From the NCBI GenBank assembly GCA_040756235.1, contig JBFLZG010000002.1, forward strand, positions 96,001 through 160,000: a DNA stretch of 64,000 nucleotides, given 5' to 3'. Shown piece by piece: positions 49,104-59,048 of the stretch. The position numbers and the translations under genes were made by a program. The notes beneath the pieces were generated by a model. That model searched no databases. It saw only the letters and a list, made by a program, of their open reading frames with translations, and was not told the origin of the DNA. Every line of letters starts with the position of its first letter. Position 1 is the first letter of the stretch. The stretch comes from a bacterium (GTDB lineage Bacteria; Desulfobacterota; DSWW01).

Positions 49104-49300
49104 GACATTCTGAGCCGGGCGGCTGCCGCAATCCGGGCGGCTGCCCCCGCCGCCGGTACGAGCGTGCTTGCGAAATCGATCCTCCGCAGTAGTCTAAAGG
49201 TACCCTTCACCTTCTCTCTCGTACAGTTCCCGCTTGCCTTCCGCAGAGGACTTTCCGCGTTCGGCGTTTTCATCCCGGCTCCCGCAAGAAAGGGCCACAC

Positions 49301-50161
49301 GTGAACACGGTCCGGATCGGCGACTGGGCGCTCGGCAAAGACGAGAGCTTTCTCCTCATTGCCGGCCCCTGCGTGATCGAGAGCGAATCGCATGCCATGA
49401 GAATGGCCGAGCACCTGAAGAAATCCGCCGAATGCTTTCGCCTGCCCTTCCTGTTCAAGGCTTCCTATGACAAGGCCAACCGTACGTCTTTCCGCTCTTT
49501 CCGCGGGCCCGGAGTGACTGAGGGCTTGCGCATCCTGGAGAAAATCCGCCGCGAGACAGGCGTCAAGGTCCTGAGCGACGTTCATCAGATCTCGGAGGTG
49601 AAGGAGGCCGCTGCCGTCCTGGACGTGATGCAGACCCCGGCCTTCCTTTGCAGACAGACCGATTTCCTGACGGCTGTTGCGAGCGCGGGAAAGCCTGTGA
49701 ACATCAAGAAGGGCCAATTCCTTGCGCCCTGGGACATGCAGCATGTGGTCGAGAAGGTCTTGGCCACCGGAAACCGGGACATTCTGCTGACGGAGAGGGG
49801 CTTCTGTTTCGGTTACAACCAGCTCGTGAGCGATTTTCGTTCCCTGCCGATCCTCAGAGAGATCGGCTTTCCGGTCATATTCGATGCCACCCACAGTGTT
49901 CAGCTGCCGGGCGGCCAGGGTGCTGCTTCGGGAGGCCAGCGCGAGTTCATTCTGCCGTTGGCCCGGGCTGCTGCGGCGGTCGGCGTAGACGGGCTCTTCC
50001 TCGAGGTGCACGATGATCCGGACAGGGCCCTGAGCGACGGTCCGAATTCCCTGCCCGTGGGTCGAGTCCAAGATGTATTGGATCAGATTCTCACCATTCA
50101 CCGTAAGGTCCGAGAATGGCAGCGAGACGATCAGCGGCCCCGAGAGAGCAGGAAATCCTGA
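49301..50161 (+). CDS. kdsA: KDO8P synthase
   Basis: AGPCVIE, KASYDKANRTS, PAFLCRQTD, KKGQF, ERG, DATHSVQ.PG, SDG.N. Confidence 0.96.
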   Translation: MNTVRIGDWALGKDESFLLIAGPCVIESESHAMRMAEHLKKSAECFRLPFLFKASYDKANRTSFRSFRGPGVTEGLRILEKIRRETGVKVLSDVHQISEVKEAAAVLDVMQTPAFLCRQTDFLTAVASAGKPVNIKKGQFLAPWDMQHVVEKVLATGNRDILLTERGFCFGYNQLVSDFRSLPILREIGFPVIFDATHSVQLPGGQGAASGGQREFILPLARAAAAVGVDGLFLEVHDDPDRALSDGPNSLPVGRVQDVLDQILTIHRKVREWQRDDQRPRESRKS

Positions 50162-51117
50162 ACAGGGGCAGAAGGGTCCTGGAGCTCGAGGCGGCGGCGA
50201 TCGAAGGACTTGCAGGCAAGCTGGGCGACGATTTCTGCAAGGCCGTCGCCCTGCTCCACCGCTGCCGGGGAAAGGTCGTCGTCACCGGCATGGGCAAATC
50301 GGGTCTGATCTGCCAGAAGATCGCAGCCACCTTGGCGAGCACCGGCACTCCGGCCCTTTTCCTCCACGCCGTGGAGGGATTGCACGGCGATCTCGGAGTT
50401 CTGACTCGTCAGGATGTCGTGGTGGTGGTCTCCAACAGCGGCGAAACGGAAGAAGTGAATCGGCTTCTCCCTCCGATCAAGAGGCTGGGAGTGCCGTTGA
50501 TCGCGCTCACCAGCAGTCCCGGTTCGACGCTGGCAAAGCATGCCGATATCGTGATCGACACGGGGGTGAGAGAGGAAGCCTGTCCCATGAACCTGGTGCC
50601 GACCGCCAGCACGACCGCCGCTCTGGCCCTGGGGGATGCCCTCGCGATCGCGCTGATCGGCGAAAGGGGGTTTCAAAAGGAGGATTTCGCTCTGCTCCAT
50701 CCGGGCGGGGCGCTGGGAAGGAAATTGCTTTACAGAGTGGATGACTTGATGCACTCCGGCGAGGACGTTCCCATTGTCGGGGAGCACACTCCCCTGAAGG
50801 ATGCGGTTTTCGAGATCAGCAGCAAACGGCTCGGTATGACCGGGGTCCGGGACGAGAGGGGGCACCTGGTCGGCGTGATCACCGACGGGGACCTGCGCAG
50901 GGGGCTCGAGAAGAAGCCGGACCTCCTCCAGCGGCGCGCGGGCGAGCTGATGACGCTCCATCCGAAGCGCATCCGACAAGGAGAGTTGGCCGCCAAGGCG
51001 CTGCAGGTGATGGAGCAGTTTTCCATCACCTCTCTGTTCGTGGTGTCGCCCGAAGACGAGCAGATGGTCGTGGGCATCATCCATATCCACGATCTCCTGA
51101 AAGCCGGCATCGCATGA
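50116..51117 (+). CDS. kdsD: arabinose-5-phosphate isomerase (SIS plus CBS)
   Basis: GMGKSG, ASTGTP, HGDLG, S.SGET, PT.STT, HPGG.LG, CBS pair. Confidence 0.93.
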   Translation: MAARRSAAPREQEILNRGRRVLELEAAAIEGLAGKLGDDFCKAVALLHRCRGKVVVTGMGKSGLICQKIAATLASTGTPALFLHAVEGLHGDLGVLTRQDVVVVVSNSGETEEVNRLLPPIKRLGVPLIALTSSPGSTLAKHADIVIDTGVREEACPMNLVPTASTTAALALGDALAIALIGERGFQKEDFALLHPGGALGRKLLYRVDDLMHSGEDVPIVGEHTPLKDAVFEISSKRLGMTGVRDERGHLVGVITDGDLRRGLEKKPDLLQRRAGELMTLHPKRIRQGELAAKALQVMEQFSITSLFVVSPEDEQMVVGIIHIHDLLKAGIA

Positions 51118-51659
51118 ACGATCTCCGGCACAAGGCCAAAGCGGTCAGGCTTCTCATCCTCGATGTGGACGGGGTCCTCACGGACGGGAGGGTCTACGTC
51201 GGCTGCTGCGGGGATGAGATGAAGGCCTTTCACATCCGCGATGGATACGCTCTGAAGCTGCTTCAGGCGAGCGGCATCGGCATCGCCTTGCTCTCGGGCA
51301 GGCGGTCGGAGCCGACTCGGGCTCGCGCCGCAGAGTTGGGGATCGATGAAGTCCACGAAGGGGCTTTGGTGAAGCTCCCGGTCTACGAGGACCTCCTGCG
51401 CAGGAGGGGTCTCACCGACGCAGAGGTGGCGTTCATGGGCGACGACCTGATGGATGTTCCCCTGCTGCGGCGAGCCGGCCTCTCGGGCACGGTTGCCGAC
51501 GCCACCCGGGAGGCCAAGGACGCCTCCGACTACGTGGCGCAAGCCCAGGGTGGTGCAGGGGCGGTCCGGGAGTTCGTCGAGCTGATTTTGAAGGCCCAGG
51601 GACTCTGGGACGCCGTCCTCAGAGGGCTGGAAACGGGCGCCCCCGAGGCGTTGCCGTGA
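51114..51659 (+). CDS. kdsC: KDO8P phosphatase
   Basis: LDVDGVLTDG, F..RDG, MGDD..D, GG.GAVRE. Confidence 0.93.
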   Translation: MNDLRHKAKAVRLLILDVDGVLTDGRVYVGCCGDEMKAFHIRDGYALKLLQASGIGIALLSGRRSEPTRARAAELGIDEVHEGALVKLPVYEDLLRRRGLTDAEVAFMGDDLMDVPLLRRAGLSGTVADATREAKDASDYVAQAQGGAGAVREFVELILKAQGLWDAVLRGLETGAPEALP

Positions 51660-52639
51660 AGATGGAGCGCGCGGGCGGGACGAGGCGAAAGCTGCGCAAA
51701 TGCTTTCAGAAGAAGAAGAACGACCTCGTCTATCTCCTGGCGTTGGTCGGTCTGTGGCTCTTTCGGAAGATTCCACTGTCGTTGGCTCTGAGAATCGGGG
51801 GTGCCCTGGGTTACGCGGCTTACTACGTTCTGCCCGGAGTGGGTGCCCGAGCGCTCGGGCATCTCTCGCTTGCGCTCTCGGCCGAGACCTCTGCCAAGGA
51901 AAGACGTGGGATCGCCCGGAGGAGTTTTGGAAACCTCGGCAAGAATGCTGCGGAGTTGGTGAATTATCACCGGATCCAGGGTGAGCTGGGCCGGTATGTA
52001 AGCGTTGTCGGCCGGGAGCATCTGGATGGTGCGCTCGCCGGCAATGCGGGTGTCCTTTGGATCGCGGCCCACCTGGGCAATTGGGAGTTGATGGCGTGCT
52101 GCTTGGCTCAGCTGGGCTATCCGATCCATGTCGTTGCCCGTGAAATCTATGACCCGAGACTGAACCGTCTTCTGATGCGATTTCGTTCCGAGGCGGGAGT
52201 CTCCGTGATCCAGCGCGACTCGCCCTCGGCGGCGCGGGAGATTCTCAGGGCGGTGAAGGTTCGGGGGTGCTTGGCGATGCTGATCGACCAGGATACCAAG
52301 GTGAAGGGCGTCATGGCGGATTTTTTCGGTATTCAGGCGAACACGCCGGCGGGGCCTGCACTCCTGGCTTGCCGCCAGTCCATCCCCGTGATCGCAGGAT
52401 GCATCCATCGACTCGCCGGAGGGAAGCACGAAATCGTGATTGCGCCTCCCATCGAGATCGTGCGCACCGGCGATACGGCAGCCGACACCCGGGTGAACAC
52501 CGAACGCTTCAACAAGATCCTGGAAGGTTTCATCCGGCAGTACCCGGATCAATGGGTCTGGATGCACAGGAGATGGAGGCGGAGGAGCCCGTATCAAGCT
52601 CGGCCTTCGAGAAAACCGTCGGGGAGCGTAACCATCTGA
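51656..52639 (+). CDS. lpxL: lipid A lauroyl/late acyltransferase family
   Basis: HLGNWE, L.DQD, FFG, P.QW.W.HRRW; within the kds-lpt cluster. Confidence 0.8.
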   Translation: MKMERAGGTRRKLRKCFQKKKNDLVYLLALVGLWLFRKIPLSLALRIGGALGYAAYYVLPGVGARALGHLSLALSAETSAKERRGIARRSFGNLGKNAAELVNYHRIQGELGRYVSVVGREHLDGALAGNAGVLWIAAHLGNWELMACCLAQLGYPIHVVAREIYDPRLNRLLMRFRSEAGVSVIQRDSPSAAREILRAVKVRGCLAMLIDQDTKVKGVMADFFGIQANTPAGPALLACRQSIPVIAGCIHRLAGGKHEIVIAPPIEIVRTGDTAADTRVNTERFNKILEGFIRQYPDQWVWMHRRWRRRSPYQARPSRKPSGSVTI

Positions 52640-52702
52640 ATTCCTTTACTCCCCTGTCCGTTCCCTGGTATACTCAGGGACGTCCGGGAGGGAAAAAACG
52701 TT

Positions 52703-53263
52703 TTGAAGTTCTTCTTGAGGGCTTTTCTTCTCTTCTTGCTTGCCGGTTTCGGTTGGCTCCTCCACGTCGTAGTCAACGGGACAGGGGAAACGGTCGGCGG
52801 GCCGGAACCCGTGGTCGTCCACCAGGACGAGGACATCGGGGTGCAGGGGGTGCGTTTTTCCGAGTGGAAGCGCGGCAAGCGGGTCTGGATGCTCGATGCG
52901 AAAGAGATGAGATACTATCATACGAAAGGGCGGGCTGACTTCGACCAGGTTTCTGTTTCCTTCCGTGTCTCCTCGGGCCAGGGGCTGGGCATGGAGGCGG
53001 ATTCCGTGCACTATGACACGGCAACGGGAAACCTGACAGCGGAAGGTCGTGTGGTCGGGAGGGACGACCAGGGCTATGAGTTCTTCACTGATACCCTCTC
53101 TTACGACGCAGAGAGCCGGACGGTCGCGACCCGGGATCAAGTTACATTGAAAAAGGACCGACTCACGATAAAAGGTGTCGGCATGCAGGGCGACCTCGAA
53201 CGGAACCGACTCGAGATCCGTTCCGGGGTCCGTGCCCACTTCCTTCCGCCCAATGGCGGCTGA
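52703..53263 (+). CDS. lptC: LPS export protein LptC
   Basis: N-terminal TM anchor and beta-jellyroll pattern (W.L.A, TD.L.Y, G.GM..D); synteny. Confidence 0.8.
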   Translation: MKFFLRAFLLFLLAGFGWLLHVVVNGTGETVGGPEPVVVHQDEDIGVQGVRFSEWKRGKRVWMLDAKEMRYYHTKGRADFDQVSVSFRVSSGQGLGMEADSVHYDTATGNLTAEGRVVGRDDQGYEFFTDTLSYDAESRTVATRDQVTLKKDRLTIKGVGMQGDLERNRLEIRSGVRAHFLPPNGG

Positions 53264-53903
53264 CAAGGACCGGCCTCTGTTTGCGGGCGGGGGATGGGAG
53301 AGACGGGTGAGACTCTTTGTGTGGATCTTGCTGGCTTGGTTCGGCTGGCCCCTGCTGTTCTGGACAGGACTTGCTCGCGGGGAGACGCCCTCGCCTGCGC
53401 TCACGAAGGAGTCCCTGAAGGAGGAGTTCGGAGACAAGGAGAATTCGCACCGCAAGGAACCGGTCGATATCGGGTCGAAGCAGATGAGCGTGGACATGGA
53501 GTCCCACACGATCGTTTTCAGAGGAGACGTGCGCGTCCGGCAGGGTGAGTTGCAGTTGCAGGCTCAGGAAGTCACGGCCGTTTTCGGTTCCGACATTCAC
53601 GATATCGTCGAGATCGTCGCCAGGGGAGATGTGAGCGTTCAAAAAGCGGGTCGGTTGGCCTATGGTGAAGAGGCCGTCTATGACCGCAGAAAAGCCACCA
53701 TCGCGCTTACCGGCAAACCTTACCTGAAGGAGGGAGACAACTCCATCTCGGGAGAGAAGATCCTGGTTTGGCTGGATGAGGAACGCATGGAGATCCAGGG
53801 GGACGTCAAAGCGGTGCTCAAACCGGGGAACAGACCGGACGCCTCCGGGCAGGAGAGCTGGAAGGATCGGCTTCCGGACGGACCTGCCATGGGGGCGCCA
53901 TAG
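53253..53903 (+). CDS. lptA: LPS transport periplasmic protein LptA
   Basis: PV.I.S, F.G.V.V.QG, A.G.V, G..A.YD, L.G.P, G.KI; start uncertain. Confidence 0.85.
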   Translation: MAADKDRPLFAGGGWERRVRLFVWILLAWFGWPLLFWTGLARGETPSPALTKESLKEEFGDKENSHRKEPVDIGSKQMSVDMESHTIVFRGDVRVRQGELQLQAQEVTAVFGSDIHDIVEIVARGDVSVQKAGRLAYGEEAVYDRRKATIALTGKPYLKEGDNSISGEKILVWLDEERMEIQGDVKAVLKPGNRPDASGQESWKDRLPDGPAMGAP

Positions 53904-53913
53904 GGCTCTGAAC

Positions 53914-54636
53914 ATGCACCGTCTCCTGGCTGATTCTCTAACGAAGTCCTACCGCCGGCGCAGGGTGGTCGATGGGGTAACCATCGAAGTCCATGCCGGA
54001 GAGGTGGTCGGTCTGCTGGGACCGAACGGTGCGGGGAAGACGACCACCTTTCACATGATGGTCGGCATCACCCGGCCCGACGAGGGCAGGATCGTGCTGG
54101 ACGGACAGGATATCACCGATCTCCCGATGTACCGGAGAGCGAGGAAGGGGATCAGCTACCTTCCCCAGGAGACATCGGTTTTCCGCAAGCTCACAGTAGA
54201 ACAAAACATTGAGCTGATTCTGGAAACGACATCTTTGAACAAGCAGGAGCGAGAAAGAAGGAGGGAAACGCTCCTGGAGGAGCTGGGAATCCGTCATCTC
54301 AGCAAGAGCAAGGCGTATCTGCTGTCGGGCGGCGAACGCCGACGAGTGGAGATCTGCCGCGCGCGGGTGATGGAGCCCCACATTCTTCTTCTGGACGAGC
54401 CCTTCGCCGGGATCGACCCCATTGCCGTTGCGGATATCCAGAACCTGATCCATGATTTGCGCGACAAGGGAATCGGCATTTTGATCACGGATCACAACGT
54501 TCGGGAGACTCTCGGCATATGTGACAAGGCCTACATTCTCGACAAAGGGGTCGTCCTCGAAGTGGGAACCCGGGAGACCATCGCCTCCAGCAAGAAGGCA
54601 CGGGAAATCTACTTGGGCGAGCAGTTCACTCTGTGA
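53914..54636 (+). CDS. lptB: LPS export ABC transporter ATPase
   Basis: [54 protein letters not shown]. Confidence 0.96.
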   Translation: MHRLLADSLTKSYRRRRVVDGVTIEVHAGEVVGLLGPNGAGKTTTFHMMVGITRPDEGRIVLDGQDITDLPMYRRARKGISYLPQETSVFRKLTVEQNIELILETTSLNKQERERRRETLLEELGIRHLSKSKAYLLSGGERRRVEICRARVMEPHILLLDEPFAGIDPIAVADIQNLIHDLRDKGIGILITDHNVRETLGICDKAYILDKGVVLEVGTRETIASSKKAREIYLGEQFTL

Positions 54637-54686
54637 AAAAGAGAGAAGGGCCGGAAGAGTTCCGGCGGAGGAAATCAGGGTGAGAG

Positions 54687-56117
54687 ATGGCTTTTGAATT
54701 GAAGCAAAGCATGAAGCTGGTCCAGCAGCTGGTCATGACGCCCCAGTTGCAGCAGGCCATCAAATTGCTCCAGCTGTCCCGCATGGAGCTCGTGAATCTC
54801 ACCAACCAGGAACTGCAGGAAAATCCGGTCCTCGAAGAAGGCTCGGTCGAGGAAGTAGAGCGGTCACAGGTGCAGGAGGAGCCTGCGGAGAAGGGCAACG
54901 ACAGGCCGGAGGAAGTCAAAGGCGGCGCGGACGCCCTGAAGGAAATCAACTGGGATGAGTACATGCAGAACTACGAGTACTATCCCAGGGCCCCCCATCA
55001 GGGCGAAGAGAAAGGCCGCGGTTACGAGGCCACGCTGAGCAAGAAGACCTCGCTGGGCGATCATCTTTTGTGGCAGGTCCGGCTCAGTCATTTCAGTAAA
55101 GAGGAGAAGACGGCTGCGGAGATGATCGTCGGCAATCTGAACGAGGACGGGTACCTGGATTGCCCTCTGGAGGAAATTTCGCAGGCCTGTCAGATGGACC
55201 TGGCTCTGGTCGAGAAAGTGCTCAGCCGGATCCAGGACTGCGATCCCATCGGCGTGGCCGCAAGGGATCTGCAGGAGTGCCTCATCCTGCAGGCCAGGAA
55301 GCTCGGCGTCGGCAACACGATCGTGGAGACCATTCTGCGGGAGCATCTGGGGAACCTCGAGAAGAAACGCTACGATCAGATTGCCAAGAGGCTGGGGGTC
55401 GGACTGGAAGAGGTCCTGGCCGCCGTCCGCGTGATCGTCAACCTCGAGCCCAGACCCGGCAGATCGTTCACGGGTGAAGAGCCTCTCTACATCACTCCCG
55501 ATGTGCACGTGTACAAGATCGATGACGAGTATGTGGTCGTGCTCAACGAGGACGGGCTCCCGAAGCTGAGGATCAGCTCCTACTACAAGGGCATCCTCTC
55601 GGGCTGGGAGGGAACTTCGGACAGCACCAAGGAGTACATCCAGGAGAAGCTGCGATCGGCGGCCTGGTTGATCAAGAGCATCCACCAGAGACAGCGAACC
55701 ATCTATAAGGTGGCCTGCAGCATCGTCAAATTCCAGAGGGAGTTCCTGGATAAGGGCATCGCTTACCTGAAACCTCTGGTTCTGCGGGATGTGGCGGAAG
55801 ACATCAGCATGCATGAGTCGACGATCAGCCGGGTCACCACCAACAAGTACATGCACACGCCCCAGGGCATCCTGGAGATGAAATACTTTTTCAAGAGCAG
55901 CATTCCCCAGCGAGCGGGAGACAAGATCTCCTCGGAGACGGTGAAAGAGAGAATCCGCCAGATGATTGCGCAGGAGGATCCGCAGGCGCCGATCAGCGAT
56001 CAGGAGATCGTGGGTCTGTTGAAGTCCTCGAACATCGAAATCGCACGGAGGACGGTTGCCAAGTACCGGGAGAGCCTGAGCATCCTGCCGTCGGTCAAGC
56101 GGAAAAGGTTCTTCTAG
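54687..56117 (+). CDS. rpoN: RNA polymerase sigma-54 factor
   Basis: MTPQLQQAIKLLQL, HESTISR, RpoN box ARRTVAKYRE. Confidence 0.98.
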   Translation: MAFELKQSMKLVQQLVMTPQLQQAIKLLQLSRMELVNLTNQELQENPVLEEGSVEEVERSQVQEEPAEKGNDRPEEVKGGADALKEINWDEYMQNYEYYPRAPHQGEEKGRGYEATLSKKTSLGDHLLWQVRLSHFSKEEKTAAEMIVGNLNEDGYLDCPLEEISQACQMDLALVEKVLSRIQDCDPIGVAARDLQECLILQARKLGVGNTIVETILREHLGNLEKKRYDQIAKRLGVGLEEVLAAVRVIVNLEPRPGRSFTGEEPLYITPDVHVYKIDDEYVVVLNEDGLPKLRISSYYKGILSGWEGTSDSTKEYIQEKLRSAAWLIKSIHQRQRTIYKVACSIVKFQREFLDKGIAYLKPLVLRDVAEDISMHESTISRVTTNKYMHTPQGILEMKYFFKSSIPQRAGDKISSETVKERIRQMIAQEDPQAPISDQEIVGLLKSSNIEIARRTVAKYRESLSILPSVKRKRFF

Positions 56118-56179
56118 ATCCGGGACGTGAAGGGCGGCTGGACGGAGTCCCCCGCGTCCACAACAGAAAGGAATCCGGC

Positions 56180-56719
56180 ATGCAAGTCTCGGTCACATTC
56201 CGCCACATGGAGGCCTCAGAAGCGGTCAAAGAATATGCACGGGCGAAGATTTCCAAGATCAACAAGTACCTCTATCACCCCGCCGAAGTGGACATCGTTC
56301 TGGAGAGAGAGAAACACCGCGTCATCGCGGAGATCACCCTCGTGAGCCAGCGTGGTTCGTTGAAAGGGCAAGAAGAGACCGAGGACGTGTACTCGGCGAT
56401 CGACCTGGTCGTGGACAAGGTCGAACGACAACTGGTCAAACGAAAGGAAAAGATGAAAAGGCACAAGAGCGGCCCCGGGGACGGGGACCTCGGCGCGTCC
56501 GGCGAGCCGGCTCCAGAGGCAGAGGTAGGCGAGATGCCGAGGATCGTGGAGACCAAGAGCTTTTCGGTAAAACCGATGTCGTTGGATGAAGCCACGATGC
56601 AGATGAGGCTTTCCGGGGAGGAGGTCTTCGTTTTCACCAACGCCTCGTCCGGGGAAGTCAATGTGCTCTATGAGGTCGAAAACGGCGGCTACGGGATGAT
56701 TATCCCGGGCAGGGAATAG
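56180..56719 (+). CDS. hpf: ribosome hibernation promoting factor (long HPF)
   Basis: TFRH, D.Y.AID...DK.ERQL, C-terminal KPMS.DEA..QM...F.N...VNV.Y. Confidence 0.92.
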   Translation: MQVSVTFRHMEASEAVKEYARAKISKINKYLYHPAEVDIVLEREKHRVIAEITLVSQRGSLKGQEETEDVYSAIDLVVDKVERQLVKRKEKMKRHKSGPGDGDLGASGEPAPEAEVGEMPRIVETKSFSVKPMSLDEATMQMRLSGEEVFVFTNASSGEVNVLYEVENGGYGMIIPGRE

Positions 56720-56795
56720 ACGTAGCGGTGGTGTTTGCGAGGAAGCGGGGGTGAGGGGGCGGGACCGGAGCCGGACTGGAGGATGATCGTTCGAA

Positions 56796-57293
56796 ATGAA
56801 GGTATCGGATTTTTTGGATTCCAGAGCCGTAGTGGATTTGAGGGCGACCAACAAGAAGGAGGTTCTCGAAGAACTCTGCAATGCTTTGATCTCGCTGCAC
56901 CCGAGTCTGGATCGGACCCGGATGGTGGGAATCCTGCTGGATCGCGAGAGACTGGGCAGCACCGGAGTCGGAGAAGGCGTGGCGATCCCGCATGGCAAGC
57001 TGAGCGAGCTGACCCATCTGATCGCCTGTTTCGGAAGGAGCTCTCAGGGGCTGGAGTTTCAGGCCGTGGACCGCAAACCGGTCCACTTGTTCTTCCTGCT
57101 CTTCGCCCCGGAGAACTCCGCCGGAACCCATCTCAAGGCGCTGGCGAAGATATCTCGTCTGTTGAAACGGCCCAACCTGCGGGAAGCCCTCATGGCTGCG
57201 CTTTCCGTCAAAGAAGTCTTTTCTATCCTGACGCAGGAGGACGCCGAGGAAGCTGCAGGCTCTGCGGGTTCGTCTTCGGGGCCGTCTTCCTAG
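56796..57293 (+). CDS. ptsN: PTS IIA-Ntr/Fru-type component
   Basis: RE.LGSTG.G.G.AIPHGK, F.A.D..PV.LFF.L, HL..LA.ISR. Confidence 0.88.
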   Translation: MKVSDFLDSRAVVDLRATNKKEVLEELCNALISLHPSLDRTRMVGILLDRERLGSTGVGEGVAIPHGKLSELTHLIACFGRSSQGLEFQAVDRKPVHLFFLLFAPENSAGTHLKALAKISRLLKRPNLREALMAALSVKEVFSILTQEDAEEAAGSAGSSSGPSS

Positions 57294-57301
57294 TAAGGTC
57301 G

Positions 57302-58153
57302 ATGCATCTGCTCGTCATCACCGGGCTCTCCGGCTCCGGAAAGACGTCCGCCATCCATGCCTTGGAAGACGCGGGATATTTTTGCGTCGACAACCTGCCG
57401 ATCCTACTGCTTCCGGGCCTGGTCCAATTGCTGCGCTCCGCAAAGGAGCCGATGGAGCGGCTTGCAGTGGTGATGGACGTGCGGGAAGGGGGATTTCTGA
57501 GGGAGTACGGAAGGGTCTTTCGGGAGTTGACCGAGGGGGGAATCAAGCCGGAGATCGTCTTCCTCGAGGCGCCCACGGAAGTCCTGCTCCGGCGCTTCGA
57601 GGAGACGTGCAGGCCGCACCCTCTGGCCGGCGAGCGGACCCTGCTGGACGCGATCGAGTGGGAGAGACGGCAGTTGGCAGGCCTGCGGGAAACCGCTGAT
57701 CGGGTGATGGATACTTCTTCGTACAACATTCACGAGCTCAGGCGCAGCTTGAGGGAGCTTTACTGCGGGACGGGAAGACCCACGGGGCAGTTCCAGGTCG
57801 AGCTGATTTCGTTCAGCTACGCCAAGGGGATCCCGCCGCAAGTGGACATGGTTCTGGATGCCCGCTTCCTGCCCAACCCGCACTACGACCCGGAGTTGAA
57901 AGAGCGAGACGGGCGCGATGCCGAGGTGCGGCGCTACGTCGAGCGGGACGCCGAGGCCAGCAAGATTCTCCGGAAGCTGCTGGAGATCGTCGAGGAAATG
58001 ATGGCTTTCTATGCCCGGTCGGACAGGGCCTATTTCGTCCTGGGCGTCGGGTGCACGGGTGGGCGGCATCGTTCCGTGAGCGTTGTCGCCAGACTGGAAG
58101 AGCGCTTGAAGGCCCTCGGGTACAGGCTGACGCGGACGGACCGGGACCTTTGA
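57302..58153 (+). CDS. rapZ: RNase adapter / P-loop protein RapZ (YvcJ family)
   Basis: TGLSGSGKT, YFCVDNLP, R.HPL, D.RFLPNP, GCTGG.HRSV. Confidence 0.93.
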   Translation: MHLLVITGLSGSGKTSAIHALEDAGYFCVDNLPILLLPGLVQLLRSAKEPMERLAVVMDVREGGFLREYGRVFRELTEGGIKPEIVFLEAPTEVLLRRFEETCRPHPLAGERTLLDAIEWERRQLAGLRETADRVMDTSSYNIHELRRSLRELYCGTGRPTGQFQVELISFSYAKGIPPQVDMVLDARFLPNPHYDPELKERDGRDAEVRRYVERDAEASKILRKLLEIVEEMMAFYARSDRAYFVLGVGCTGGRHRSVSVVARLEERLKALGYRLTRTDRDL

Positions 58154-58209
58154 GGGCGGGCGCAAGCCAAGGCCGCGGGCTGCTCGCGGGTACCGGCGGA
58201 AACTGAAAC

Positions 58210-58641
58210 ATGGTCAGTGTCTTACTTATTTCCCATGGCAACATCGGCCACTCTTTCCTGGAAGCCGCGCGACAGATTCTGGGCGACGTGGAGCAGGTGA
58301 GGGCCGTCTCGATCGGGCCTTCCGCAGAGGGACCCCAGGTCCTTCAGGAGATCGAACGAGCCCGGAGGGATCTGGATCAGGGCGACGGGGTGCTGATCGT
58401 GACCGACATGTTCGGCGGCACTCCGTCCAACATCTCGTTCTCCATGGTGGAGCAATCCCAGGTCGAGATCCTGACCGGTCTGAATCTGGCGATGCTGCTC
58501 AAGATCCTGTCGTGCAGGAAGAGTGCGCGCCTCGGCGAGCTTGCCCGAACCGCCCTGGAATGCGGTCGCGAGAGCATTTGCCTGGGCCGGGAGATCCTCG
58601 GGAAAGAGTTGCCAGGAGCCGAAAGCAGGGGACCGAAATAG
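58210..58641 (+). CDS. PTS IIA mannose/fructose-type component
   Basis: ISHG, GVLI.TDMFGGTPSN, G.NL.ML. Confidence 0.88.
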   Translation: MVSVLLISHGNIGHSFLEAARQILGDVEQVRAVSIGPSAEGPQVLQEIERARRDLDQGDGVLIVTDMFGGTPSNISFSMVEQSQVEILTGLNLAMLLKILSCRKSARLGELARTALECGRESICLGREILGKELPGAESRGPK

Positions 58642-58781
58642 AACCTGTCATGGGAGGCTCTGTTTCAGCGGCCGTTCAAGAATGCCCGGATGCAGGACAG
58701 GCCAGGAGGGGGACCCGTGCGGCCTCCGCAGATCGGCGCTTTGCGGCAGCCGGAACGGGGAAACGCAGGGATGAGCCCAGG

Positions 58782-59048
58782 ATGATCGCGAAGGATTTCA
58801 CCATCAGCAACCGGCTGGGCATCCACGCCAGGCCCGCGGCGCTGTTCGCCAAGGCGGCCAGCCGGTTCCAGAGTGACATTCGAGTGATCAAGGATGGTCT
58901 GGAGATCAACGGCAAGTCCATCATGGGGATCATGATGCTGGCCGCCGCTCAGGGGAACACGATCACCATCCGCGCCGATGGAGCGGACGAGGAGGCTGCC
59001 ATTCGGACGTTGGAGAATCTTCTGGAAAACCGGTTCGGAGAGGAATGA
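58782..59048 (+). CDS. ptsH: phosphocarrier HPr
   Basis: N.LG.HARPAA, KSIMG.M.L.A, G.DE..A. Confidence 0.93.
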   Translation: MIAKDFTISNRLGIHARPAALFAKAASRFQSDIRVIKDGLEINGKSIMGIMMLAAAQGNTITIRADGADEEAAIRTLENLLENRFGEE

